Of a stretch of DNA of 56,290 bases, positions 10,401 to 23,139 are shown in pieces; position 1 is the stretch's first letter, and each line of letters opens with the position of its first letter. Source of the DNA: Raja brachyura (lineage: Eukaryota); NCBI GenBank assembly GCA_963514005.1, contig CAUPSL010000726.1:1-56290 (forward strand). The letters run 5' to 3'. A model generated the notes under the pieces. The model was not told the origin of the DNA. It saw only the letters and a program-made list of their open reading frames with translations, and made no database searches. The translations under genes and the position numbers were made by a program.

Positions 10401-12799
10401 CGGACACGAGCCCGAGGTGATCGGGAAATTGGCGAGGGAGATATTTGCCGCCGACGCTGCCTTCGAAAGCCTTGCCCTCAAGTTTCGCAGCGTGAATCTG
10501 CCCCGACTCGTAGAGCGAGCCATCCAGGCACAGCGGCAGCGATAGCGGCAACGAGCCAATCCGGGAGAAGAACAATCCTGTTCCGTCTCGGTCATCGAGC
10601 GCAACGCCAGCCTGGCGTTGATGTGTGTGTGTGTTAGTTGTCTGTCCGTTACGTGTGTGTGTGTGGGAGGGAAGGCGAGAAGGGAGGGAAGGAGAGAAGG
10701 GAGAGAGAGGTCCGGCGGCAGGAGCGGATGTCGGGGTCCGGGAAGACCGGTGTGAGCTGAGGCCAAGGCTTGTAAACTTTGCTCCAACCCCCGGCCCAGC
10801 CCCGCCCAGACCACCCTGTATTGTTCACCGTGTTTCCCCGTGGAGAGAGAGTGGTGGAGTGTGTGTAGCATGGCGACTGGAGGGGCGGGAGCGCTGTCCC
10901 GCGTACCGTGAGGGAACGACCCACCTCCCCTTCTCCCCCTTCTCCATTCCCCCCTCACACCCCCCTCCCTGTCTACCCCTTTCTTCCCCATCCACCCCTC
11001 AACTCTCTCTCCACCCCTCTCTCCGCCCTCCACCCGGCGTAGATTTACCCGAGCCGAGAGTAGATTACTCTGGCGCGGGGCCTACTTAGGCGTGGAGCCC
11101 AATTGGGAGCAAATGGTCCAATTGGCTTGAGGCCGGCCCTGACGCCAAGGTCATCCAGTGGCTGTACGGATGCAAGAGGGCCAAGGAGCCCAAAGGCAAG
11201 CCTTCCTCTGCCCTGGTGTAGAATAAAAGAATATTGTGCCACAATATATATATTTTTTTCACTCTGTATTTTTTTACAGGGGGGGGTGCGACCGCACCCA
11301 TCGCAAAAAAAAGAAAAGAAATGCGGATCGTGAATTCACGATGAGTATTTGACTTTTTTTTAATTTGCTTGCCAACCGAGCAAAATGACACAGCTTTTAG
11401 ATTGCCTGGCGGGACTTTAGGTGACCATTGGCAACTGGGCAACCGTTAATTTCGAACCCTGTACATTCTCCTTTCTGAACCAAATCAAGACGCCCTTTAG
11501 GTCACAAATGGCGGATACCCATCCAGAAGATCAGCTGAAACTTCGTACCTCCAAGTTGCAACCAAATATTCAAATGCTTTCCCACAACAAATTCATTAAC
11601 TTTACAATTAACAATTCTTTTTCATTTTCTTGAAGTTAGTACACAGTTGTTAGATTTTTACAAAATAATTTTGAAGTATATCTATGTGAAGTTTATTGGG
11701 TGCAGCCTCATTAGATTACATCTAACTTAATGCAGCATTCCGACATGAAAAGTTTCCCCACCCCTGTTCTAACTCCACCTTCTGCCTCAGTAGCAACTGC
11801 ATCAATGGACTGCTGCATTACTGAAAACATGCAAATTTTTATAATATTCCAATTATATTAAAAATATGATGGAAAAAGAAAGTCGCAAACGATGGAATTC
11901 ATATTTTTCATGATTGTTATCAAGGAAAAGAAAGCATTTCCAATTTGATATTATTCATATGGACGAGAAAATATAATTGCTCTAAAACCAGCGTTAATCT
12001 CACGAAAGGTAATCCCCATTTCCCTCTCCCCTCCTCCTATCCCCTTCCTCTTCCCCTCCACCTCTCTCCCCCTGCCCTTCCTCTCTCCCCCTCCGCTTCC
12101 TCTCTCCCCCTCCCCTTCCTCTCTCCCCCTCTCACATTGCTCCTCTCTCACATTGCTCCGCTCTCTCGGGGGCGGGGGCGAGGGGTCGCGGCAGGGAGGA
12201 ATGGCGTGGACCCGGCAGAGGGGGTCGGACGTGGACTCGGCGGGGGGGAGGGGGGGAGACGGGGGCCCGGGCGGAGCGGCACCTGCTGTCGAATCCTGAC
12301 CCTGGATCTGGAGTAACTCCCATGGACGGACTCTTCCTTCTGGTTTCCTGGTCCTCCATAAATATTCTAAATTTAAACCGGAGGTGGTGGAGGGCTGAAC
12401 AATAAGAGCCAATTGCATTTTATCTGTTTATTTACTGTGTATTTATAAGGTCTGTGGTATATATACACATTGAACTTTTATCTCCTGAAACTTTCTCGGC
12501 CATAGTACAACAACTGGGAATGAAATTAATATTAAAATGTCGGAAAGGCCCTATAGCCCCCACAATTAAAACTCAAGATTAGATGAAAAGTTATAATTAA
12601 TAATTTTCGAATGTTGTATTATTAGTAAATTATTCCATTCTTATCATCTTATTATTTTCTATCTATAAATAAATATATATATATATATAGAAGCAGAGTC
12701 ATTAAATAATTGATAATATTAGCAATGTATGACTGATATACATGAATGTTCTTATTATGTACTTGCTTCTAATAAAAATAATACTTTAATAAAAAAACG

Positions 12800-13220
12800 T
12801 AACCATCAAGTAGCTAGATAGCTATCCAGAGACCTAGATAACCAGAGCCTGTTAGCTAGCTATCCAGCTCTCTACTTATATAGCAGTGTATCAATCAAGC
12901 TAGCTAGTTAGCTATCGTTTTTATCAACCTAGCTACCATCTATGCGGCTAGCTAACTATCTCACTATCAAGCTAGCTATCAATCTAACTCGCGACATAAT
13001 TATTTAGCTATCAGTTGTGTTTGCTAGTTGGGTATCTATCCAGCTACCAATCAGGATACTTGCTAAATAGCTATCTATCTTGCTATATAATGTAGCTTGC
13101 CATCCAGCTATCTAGCTGTCTACCTAACTATTAACTTTGTGGATAGCTAGTTATTTAACTATCTTCCTATGTAACTTCCTAGCTAGCTATCTTGCCAGCT
13201 AATAATCCAGCTTTCTAGCA
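12800..13220 (-). repeat. Degenerate (TAGC/TATC)n-rich repeat, inverted relative to 16170-16950
   Basis: Seen directly; 12821-12862 aligns with the reverse complement of ~16617-16658. Confidence 0.65.
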
Positions 13221-13339
13221 AAGTAACTGAAGACGAGTTTTGTGTCAGTCCCCACAGTGCAAGACACCAGCAACGCCAGAATTTCAGGGGGGACGAACGG
13301 TTCAGCAGTGAATGCCGTCGCTGTTACTGCGAAGAACGT

Positions 13340-13690
13340 GTTTGGCAGTTGGAAGGTCTCATGGTGGATAAGTCACCTGGAAAAGATGGACCAAGCCCAT
13401 GGGTTCTGAAAGTGTAGTTGTGGAGATGGAGGAAGCATTGGTGGTGATCTTTCATCAATCGCTGGAGTCAGGACTGTTTTTAGAGCACTGGACATTCGCG
13501 ATTGTTACTCTACTGTTTATCAAGACAGCGAGATAAAATAAATAAAATGATAGCCCGACTAGACTGACTTCAGTGGACGGAAACAATTTGGAATCCATTT
13601 TTAAGCAGGAGGGTTTGGGCATTTGGAATCATATTGCGAAATAGCCAAAGTCAGCATGATTTTGACAACGGGAGATTTTGCCTGACAGAA
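13340..13690 (+). mobile_element. Highly degenerate CR1 RT fragment
   Basis: Remnants of KSPG.DG, W..ANV.LF.K and SQH.F...R.CLT motifs. Confidence 0.55.
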
Positions 13691-16169
13691 GGAATAAACA
13701 TGTACACTACTTTCTAAATGGAGACAGCATTCCTTAACGCAAAGGTACAAAGCAACTTAGGAATACTGGAGATAGACACAAGGAGTACATGCAAATGCCA
13801 AAGCAACAGTATGCTTGATAGATAAAAAAAGGTACAATTACTCGGCGGGACAGGCAGCGAGAAGGAATGGGTGACGTTTCGGGTCAAGACCCTTCCTAGA
13901 TGTCTATCTTCGGTTTAAACCAGCATCTGCAGATCTTTTTTTATGGAACACTACACTTGCCCAGGATCGAACCCGTATATTAGGCGCTGTGAGGCAGCAG
14001 GACTACGACCTGCGCAACTGTGCCGATCAAACGTCATAAGTCTCCATATGTGTCAAATGGGGAAAGTAAGGCAGATTCGGTACCCACACCACCCACATTG
14101 TGCGCATTCTTCACAACCTGCTGTACCTAATTCTAAGATATTCCATAGTATATGGGGAAAGTACATTTTCGAGCAAAAAGTTCAACAAGGATATTTGAGG
14201 ATAGTTAGATAATTTATTGAGCAATTTGAACTACAAAGAAAAATGAAAACAATCGTGACACATAGTGACATAGGATGGGAACAATAGGTCGGAGAAGACA
14301 AGAGAGGCGGGAAAACCATCAGATGTGAACAACACTGAGATGTATAATTGAGGAACTATCACGCGCCGGGCAATGGCCCTGAGCTAGGAGGTGGAATGAG
14401 ATGGATTCTCATTTTAATTATTTGTACACGAGGGACCGAATCGCCTTATTCGGTGTTGTATACGTTCCTTGACTCCAATATTCTGCCATTTGACCTCTAC
14501 TGGGGAAGATCAATGGGAATGGCGTCCTTGCCATGGATCCCACTCTGTTTTGACCCAAACCTGACGTGGGTGAGTTAATGTCGGTCTGAGATCTTTCTCG
14601 TCACACGCTGAATTGTCTACCGTCCAAAAATTGGCGGTGAGTGGATGGGTCCTGACATTGGGCCGGCCAACGTTTGTCTGAAATTAACCGGAATCAGACG
14701 GAATGGATTGATGGAGCGTGTGAGCCCTCTAGCGGATCCGCAGTGGAATAACAGGACTGCTGAACTCAACCGGTTCCTCCCTCGTTCTTGGTTTTTCCGC
14801 GGGTCCCGCCAGAGGTCCTTGTTCGATTTTCCACCGAGGCGCGTGTATTGCATCGCCCAATTAAATGCACATTTATCAATCGCGATTCGCAAATGATGGA
14901 AGGAACCGGAGAGTTTGGAATTGCATTCATGTTTCAAGTATCACATTCTTTTTCTTCTTTAGAGTTTGTAACTATCCAGTTTCCATTGTTCTCCGGATGG
15001 GAGAGAAACTAAGATTCTCATCCTCCTTTGAGGTTTCAACCCGGGTAATGCGTGTCCGTGTGCAGTCCTTCCCGCAGTGATGGATACTACTGTTAACTAC
15101 CCTCTGGGCACATTGTGAGACGCTGGCATATCGTACAGGTATTATTTTAATTAGGTTTGCCGCTATAACGTAGACACAGACCTATCACCCCACTGAGCCC
15201 ATGCCGACCACTGATCAACCGGTCACCTTAATTCCGCGTTATCCCACGTTCACATCCACAATCACAAACCACGGGCAACTTCACACAGACCTAAAAAATA
15301 AACAGCACGTCTCCGAGATGTGGGAAGAAACATGAACACTAACACATGCGGATCCAGGGGTAACGTGAAAACTCCATCCAGGCAGCGCACGAGGTCAAGG
15401 TTGAACCCGGCTCTCTGCCGCTGTGAAGTTGCAGATTTACCATCCTCGCCATTCTGCCGCTCTTGTGCAACATGTATCTGTCTCTCATCACAAATCTCAA
15501 TTTGTGCCTCAGTGGCGAGAAGAAAACTGATTCACTCACCGTCTACGCGCGCTGAATGCCTTCGTCATTAACTAGTAGGGATATTATTTTGAGTGTATAT
15601 GGGGGACATATACTGTTCATAGAAAAAAAACGAACGAAAATTGCAGGTATTTGCATCATTCTTTGAACGACTGGAAGTAAAAATAGAACGCTTTCCCCCA
15701 CGAGTAGTGGCACAGGATGGGAACTAGAAGCCGCGGAGGACGGGAGAGGCAGCGAACTCACGGTGTCCAACTAACACTGAGGAGCCATGAACCCTCCGTA
15801 GTCGCCGCTACGGATGACCAGATGTACATGCCCTCTCGTCGGGATGATCGAAACTCCGACGTAGAGACGGTCGAACATACTCCGCGGCTGGGAGTGCCCA
15901 GATTGGACACTTTCTTACTGGACACCGCGACTTCAGGAAGTTATGGGCCATGGGCCGTCGGTCGGAGCTCTTCTGCGGCGATCCCCGGCAAGGGATCCCA
16001 GGCTCCGGACGCTAACTCCACACCACCCCTGCGGCTAGAAGTTCCGTAGACCACAGCCCCATGATGCCAAAGTCACCAGGCCAGCGATCGGAGCTCTCCT
16101 TTCTGGCGACCCCGGCAAGGTTTCGACCCTGCTGGCAGGGCAGCCGACTCACAGTGCCTCCAACCGACC

Positions 16170-16950
16170 AATTAGATAGCTATCTAACTACTTAATAATA
16201 AAGCTGGTGGACAGGTAGCCGGCTAGATAGCTAGATAGCTAGTCAGCGTGTTAAATAGTTACATATACAGAAAGCGAACTATATACGTTGCTGGATAGCT
16301 CGATATTAAGATCGTTAGATAGCTCGATATCTGGACAGATATTCTGGAGAATTGTCTCGACCCAAAATGCCATCTATTCCTTCCAGAGATGGTGCCTGTC
16401 CCGCTGAGCTACTGCAGCAGTTTGCGTCTATCCTAGATAGATAGCCAGGTAGGTGGGTAGCCAGATAGATAGATAATTCGATATTTAACATGATATTTGG
16501 GTTGCTTGGTAGCTAGATAGAAGGATACCAAGATAGTTACATAGATAGATAGCCACATAGTTGGTCGCGAGATAGATACAAATATATCAAGTTATCTTGA
16601 TGAATGGAATGATCGATAGCTAGCGAGCAGGACCTGGTTATCCAGCTGTCCAGACAGCGAACTAGTTAACTTCATGGTAAAATTGGTGATTCGCTTTATA
16701 GCTAGATTGCTCACCAGCTAGGTAGATTGCTAGAGAGCTAGATATCTAGATAGATAGCTGGCTAGCTATAGCTGGATAGCTCGATGTTTAGGTAGTCAGA
16801 TTGCTGGATATCCGGAGATGATACCCAGGTAGCTAGATAGCCAGGTATCCAGACTTCCATGATATGAAGCTAGCTGGCTCGTTAAATACATAGTCAGATG
16901 TATAGTCCGATAGGTAGATTGCCCGCTGGCCAAGTAGGTATACAGGCAGA
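16170..16950 (+). repeat. Degenerate (TAGA/TAGC)n-rich repeat; paralog at ~36040-36560
   Basis: Seen directly. Confidence 0.75.
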
Positions 16951-16974
16951 CGATACCCGGACATGGCATTGAAG

Positions 16975-17275
16975 GACGAAACGCCGAAGCAAAGAAGTGG
17001 AAACCAAATAAGCGAACGGAAACGACGCCAAAAAGCCAAATAACTGAAAGCTGACGAAGCAGAAAAGCCAAATAACCCCAAGCGTAGAAGCCGAAAGCCA
17101 ACTAACCCAAAGGGCGGGACGGCGAAACGCCAACTAACCGAAAGGGCGGGACGCCTAAAGCCAACTCACCGAAAGGCCGCAATGCCGAAACGCCAAATCA
17201 CTGAAAGGCCCATAACGCCTAGAAGGCAACGCACCCAAAGGCCGCAATACCGAAAAGCCAATTAACGGAATGACG
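16975..17275. repeat. About 30-bp degenerate minisatellite (ACGCCGAAAGCCAACTCACCGAAAGG-like); paralog at ~36585-36805
   Basis: Seen directly; possibly subterminal repeats of a DNA transposon. Confidence 0.65.
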
Positions 17276-17761
17276 TCGCCGGGAGGACGGGACTTGTCAG
17301 AAATTGATCCAGACCCCCTCGTCCTTCACATCACTGGCCGGGGGAGATGAGAGGGTGGGCCCACACAAGACATAGGTGACTGGGCACCCGAGCACCAAGG
17401 GGTAAGCGGCAATGAGCGCATCCCGCGGGACAGCCCCACTTTCCCACGGCCACGGCCGCCCTCCGCCTCGTCTCCGCCATGCGGCCGCGCTGTGACGGGC
17501 TGTGGGTTGGCAGCATACACACACTGGTGGCCGACTGGAGCAGAGTTGGGGACATTCTGGACCCTGCGCCCACCCAGTGTCTCTGACCGCCATGCACCAC
17601 CACCGGACCCCGACCCACACATGGGGTGATTCACCCCCCGATACTTACGCCGGGCGATCCCCCCCCCCCCCCCCCCTCTGCCGCGTGGACAGACGGCAAT
17701 GGTCTCAACTCGAAACGTCGCCTATCCCTTCTCTCCATAGATGCTGCCTCACCCGCTGAGT

Positions 17762-18150
17762 TTCGTCTTATTTGGTGTCGGCTGCAATCTTACTAATTGG
17801 GCTTCGTTTAAGGATACTTTCCTGCACACATTTGACAAATTCCACCTCATCTCAGCCCTTTGCCCCAGGGCCGTCACGGTCTTTATTTGGGACCGTTTTT
17901 ATCCCCCAACTCTGAGAATACTATTCGTCTCAAAGTTGCCTCCAATCTCCGGCTATATATTTGTCCTTCTAATGCTCGTGGCCTTCTTGCAGCCCAATAT
18001 TACACCGACAACAAGACAAACATTCCCGTTTTTTCGTAGCTCCGATTATAGTCGCTGACTGGACGAACCGTCAGTAATGGCATGTCCAACATCAGCCGGG
18101 AAGTTCTCCTTCATCGGAAAGACAATTCCCACCCCGCACCTGTACCCTTG
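17762..18150 (-). mobile_element. Degenerate CR1 ORF2 endonuclease fragment
   Basis: Paralog of 37475-37868; reverse translation gives remnants of CR1 APE motifs. Confidence 0.6.
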
Positions 18151-18247
18151 TCCAGGGGGCTCCACATGTTTCAGCATGAGGGCCACATTATATATTTGGC
18201 ACATTTTGGAGGGCAATGGGAAAAAATAAAATCGTGTAAATGTTATA

Positions 18248-18492
18248 NNNNNNNNNNNNNNNNNNNNNNNNNNNNNNNNNNNNNNNNNNNNNNNNNNNNN
18301 NNNNNNNNNNNNNNNNNNNNNNNNNNNNNNNNNNNNNNNNNNNNNNNNNNNNNNNNNNNNNNNNNNNNNNNNNNNNNNNNNNNNNNNNNNNNNNNNNNNN
18401 NNNNNNNNNNNNNNNNNNNNNNNNNNNNNNNNNNNNNNNNNNNNNNNNNNNNNNNNNNNNNNNNNNNNNNNNNNNNNNNNNNNNNNNNNNNN
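18248..18492. other. Assembly gap (245 N) abutting a GA-rich satellite (18493-18710)
   Basis: N run. Confidence 0.99.
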
Positions 18493-18913
18493 AGGGGGGC
18501 GGCGAGAGAGAGGCAGAGAGAGAGGGCAGATGCCGAGAGAGGGAGAGGGAGGGAGAGAGGCAGAGAGAGAGAGAAAGGGAAGAAAGAGATGGCAGTAAGA
18601 GATAGAGCATATAGAGAGAGGCTAGATAAAGTGAGTCCAGATAGAGAGAGGCAAAGAGGGCAGAGGCAGAGTGGCAGAAAGGCAGAGAGGGAGGGCGATC
18701 AGAGAGAAAGAGGTGAAAGGATGATAAATGATTAGACGGAATGTTTAGGGTGATGTGGTCCAATCACAACAAATCGGACTAGCTTAAATGGAGCCTGGTA
18801 GACAGCATGAACGAGTTGGACCAAAGGGCCTGTATCCCAGAGCCACGATTCAATGACTCTATGTCTATGACACACAACAGGTCAGGTAGGTATTATAACA
18901 GCATTTAAGAAGA

Positions 18914-19175
18914 GGGCGGCACGTTTTACAGCGGCAAAGACCCAGGTTCAATCCTGACTATGGGTGCTGTCTGTATGGTGTTTGCATATTCTCCCTGAGA
19001 CTACGTGGGTTTTCTCCGGTTGCTCTGGCTTCCTCCAACACTCCCAAGACGTACAGTGTTGTAGATGAATTGGCTTTGATCAAATTGTAAATTGTCACTG
19101 GTGTCTGTAGGGTAGTGCGAGTGTATGGGGTGGCCACTGGTTGGTGGACCAAAGGGCCAGTTTCCACGCTGCATC
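18914..19175 (+). mobile_element. V-SINE (HE1-like)
   Basis: tRNA-like head GGGCGGCACG...GGTTCAATCC, V-domain core and CR1-like tail. Confidence 0.75.
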
Positions 19176-20003
19176 ACAAAACCTTTTTGAAATCTCTTAC
19201 CTCGACAAAGATGCGACGTACCGTATATCCGTCTGCACTGCGGCCGAACATCCAGGAGTTGGCGGCCTTTGCTGGAGACCGACCTCGGAGCTCCAACCGC
19301 GGGAGCCAGCAGGACTTAACATCACGGAGCTCGAGGTCTCTGGTTGGAGACCGACTTCGAGAGCTCCAAGCCTCAGGGGCTTCGATCGCCCCGACGGGGA
19401 GGTTCGACTGTCCCAACCGCGGGAGAATTCAGGCACAGGTTAATGATTTGGGAAGATCAGCCATGATCAAAATGAATGGCGGTGCTGGCTCGAAGGGCCG
19501 AATGGCCTCCTCCAGCACCTATTTTCTATGTTTCGAGAATAAAGAGGGAAGAACTTTGAACATTATTGCCTTCCATCACAGTGAGGAATGTGGGCAATCC
19601 GCTGTGGTGGATGTTTATATTAACTTTCATGTAGTTGTGTGTCTTGTGCTTTTTTTTAGTATGGCTGTATGGTAATACGGATATCACTGTAACTTAATTG
19701 GTAGACGGACATTGGGCAGCGAGTTGGGCCGAAGGGTCTGCTTCCACACTCTATGACTCTATGACTCTAAGATCTATGTTGGCGTCCTTGCATCCTTCCC
19801 TGATGAGGTTCCCGGTTGAAAACATAAAACTTAGATACAAAACAGGCTGAGCAGGTGTTGGCAGATGTACAAAACAATCTCAGGACAATCTCAAGAGGTA
19901 TTTCAGAAATAGCAGGTAAACAGAATTTCACAACTGGTTTAAAGTAGCCGAATTAATGTGCAACTGGGAGAAATGTAATTGACAACATCAGGATTTCGTG
20001 AGA

Positions 20004-20011
20004 TATAAATA
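20004..20011 (+). promoter_or_regulatory. Putative TATA box, GPCR copy 2
   Basis: TATAAATA about 100 bp upstream of ATG 20106. Confidence 0.6.
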
Positions 20012-20105
20012 AACGCGAGCGGGGACCTTGAGCTACTGGCAGAGACGATCTACCTGGGACCATTGTCAGTACAGGCGGCATCTTTATGTCCCACCTACAT
20101 CAGCG

Positions 20106-22051
20106 ATGGGGCTGAGTGTCTATCAGCGGGCACTTATATCGTGGAAAGTCCAGCATTACTTTGATTACATCATTACAGTCATCGGACTGCTCAGTAAGTC
20201 GTTTTATCTGCTTGCCATTTAACAGCGTTGAGGGGTTGAATTTTGCAACTGCTCCTTCGGTTCACGAGAGTGAAACTTTGACCGGGGTTTGTCCATCTAA
20301 AGTATCCGCCACGCAAACACAACTCCACACCAGGTCTCTGATTTTACTTCAAGAAGTTGCATATTGTGTACTCTGTTAGTAGATGTCAGTTAGAGTAAGT
20401 CGGCGCTTAATGCCGACGGGGAACTGAAGAGGCTCGCCGATAGGAGGGGGAGACAAATAACACTCGTAGTGGCTCAGAAATGGTCGCAGTGCGCGGTCCA
20501 TGCGCGGCTCCCGAGCTGGTGATTTGAGTAAAATGCTGTCCCCGTCAACACAAATCCTCACCTTTAATGCCACTGAAAAGCAGAATTAGAATCCTTTGTT
20601 TGCCGATCACCCGGACATTTGTTGGGACGGTTTCTGAAGTTTGTAGTAATTCGCGATGGTGAAGTCAGCACAAAGGCGGCGTTCAGTACCGGGGCTCTAC
20701 TGGACACGGCTACTCCATCTCACCCCACACCACGCAAGCCCACCTTCAATGGACGGCCGCTGTTGCACTCGGAACCTCGGGGTTTATGCATTCGTTCTGT
20801 TGGCATTAATGGATCGACGCATTTGTTAATTACACATTATCAGTGTGTATTGAGTTGAAGCCAGTTTGCCAGTAAGAATTTCATCATTCCGTATTCGATA
20901 CATATGGCAATAGAACACTTTTCACAACTCCACATTCACAATACATTTCTTTGTAAGTGTATTCAGTGTAAGTATATCCCGGTTTTATGCCATGCTGGTA
21001 ATTGTGGCGCTACGAGTTTAATGATGGGGTGGGGTAATTGGAAGACAGTATGTGAGTGTTTTCTCATTTGATAACGTGAATTAATCAACTGCTTCACAAC
21101 CTTCCCTCTAACTGCTCCCTTTTCCTTTCTTCACCCCGCTGCTTGTAATCATTTCCTCACAGGTAATTTAGTGGCGATCGTCGTTCTCGGACGAGGAAAG
21201 TGCGGGCTGTCTCGATGCATCACCCACTATATGGTGGCGATGGCGGCAGCAGATCTATTGGCCGTCTTCTGCAACGTGGCGATATTTTTCCTTTACGCTG
21301 CGATTTTTCGGTACGTTCCCACCATTGCATGCACCCTACAACAAGTGATGGCCTATGCGTCCCTGGACAGCTCAGTCTGGTTAACTGTCGCTTTTACATT
21401 TGATCGCTTTGTGGCCATTTGTTGCCAGAACTTTAAGAACAGGTACTGCACGGTTAGAATCGCCAGGGTAGCGATAGCAACAGTGTATGTGGTGAGTTTC
21501 ATTCGGAACATCCCCTACTACTTTGCATTTTATTCTGAATATATAGGCCTGCCCGTTGGATGCATGAAAAGCCGGAATATTATTCCCACCCTGGGTGGAT
21601 TGCTTTCTCCTGGATTCACAACATTTTAACCCCACTGCTTCCGTTTATCGTTATTGTGTTGCTTAATATCCTGACGGTCAGATCGATCGTGGTGGCGAGC
21701 CGAGCCCGCAGGAAGCTCCGAGCTCCCGTCAGTGGCGAGAAACAGGAGGACCCGGAGATCGAGAGTCGAAGGAAATCGATCATTTTACTCTTCTGTGTGT
21801 CCGGCAGTTTCATCCTCCTGTGGCTGACGGAGGTGATGACCTTTATTTATACGCATATTGCCAACATGCACAATGCCCCACACTGGGCTCATCCTTTGGC
21901 AATGGCACAAACAGCCGGAAATATGCTTAAAATTCTGAGTTCGTGCACGAACACGTTTATTTATGTGGTGTCTCAGTCTAGGGTCAGAGACGAACTGAAG
22001 AATGGAATCAAGTATCCCTTCACAATGTGTCTTAAGCATGTTAGAAGATAA
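20106..22051 (+). pseudogene. GPR139-like GPCR copy 2 (exons 20106-20193 and 21163-22051) with a single -1 frameshift at ~21566-21570
   Basis: Exon 1 MGLSVYQRALISWKVQHYFDYIITVIGLL, A|GTAAGT. Exon 2 is split into ORFs 21171-21629 and 21560-22051; it reads TGC ATG AAA AGC CGG versus TGC ATG GAA AAG CCG in copy 3. Could be an assembly indel. Confidence 0.85.
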
Positions 22052-22637
22052 AATAGAATTAAGAATTGTGGATTTGTTAATGAAGGGGGTAACGGGGTAA
22101 CCATAGCAGCAGCGTCTATTAATATTTGAGCTAAAGACACACTGGTGTGTCTGGGAATGTTGCAAAGAGTTGTTTGGAGGTGCTGGCTCGAAGGGCCGAA
22201 TGGCCTCCTCCTGCACCTATTTTCTATGTTTCTATGTTTTCTATGAATGTTTGGAACAACTATCTCTGGCACAATGCCAGCTGATTACCGGAGCAGGGAG
22301 TAAAGGGAATTAATGAGTCCAGCTCTGAATATTTCTGGACCGGGGTCGCAGTGTTTGTCAGAATAAATGACCGGTGCCCCCTGCAGACAGATTGTGTCAT
22401 GATCCTAAAATCGGTTACAGTATTTCAATAAAACTAATGAATGATTTGTGTCCTGTGGATCGTATGCAAATCTGAATAATGTGACCTATTTACAATTGCA
22501 TGTACTGTTACCGCATTTTGCATATGATGTGTTCATGTACAACTCTGCTGCAAAGTGCTCTGTTCGACAAAGCCTGCTGGATGTCCGGTTGCAAACCATT
22601 TAAAATCCCCTTCATTGGCTGGGAAGATTGCAACCTT

Positions 22638-23113
22638 CACATAGCAAAAGGATTTGAATATAGGAGCAGGGAGGTTCTACTGCAGTTGGTCAGGATTTTG
22701 GTGAGACCACACCTGGAGTATTGCGTCCTGTTTTGGTCTCCAAATCTGAGGAAAGGACATTCTTGCCATGGAGGGGCTCAGAGAACGTTCACCAGACTGA
22801 TTCCTGGGATGTCAGGTTTTTCATATGAGGAAAGGCTGGATAGACTCGGCTTGTATCGCTAGAATTTGGAAGATTGAGGGGTGATCTTATAGAAACTTAC
22901 AAAATTCTTAAGGGGTTGGACAGGCTAGATGCAGGAAGATTGTTCCCGATGTTGGGGAGGTCCAGAACAAGGGGTCACAGTTTAAGGATAAGAGGGAATT
23001 CCTTTAGGACCGAGATGAGGAAAACATTTTTCACACAGAGAGTGGTGAGTCTCTGGAATTCTCTGCCACAGAAGGTAGTTGAGGCAGTTCCTTGGCTATT
23101 TTTAAGAGGGACT
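22638..23113 (+). mobile_element. CR1 LINE ORF2 C-terminal fragment
   Basis: LVRPHLEYCV, RGDLIETYKIL and FFTQRVVSLWNSLP motifs. Confidence 0.88.
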
Positions 23114-23139
23114 TCTTAGGAATCTTAATTAATAAATAA

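Noticed and set aside
16975-17275. CRISPR-like periodic repeats (also 29440-30380)
   Set aside because: Degenerate tandem units without unique spacers, no cas genes and a eukaryotic context
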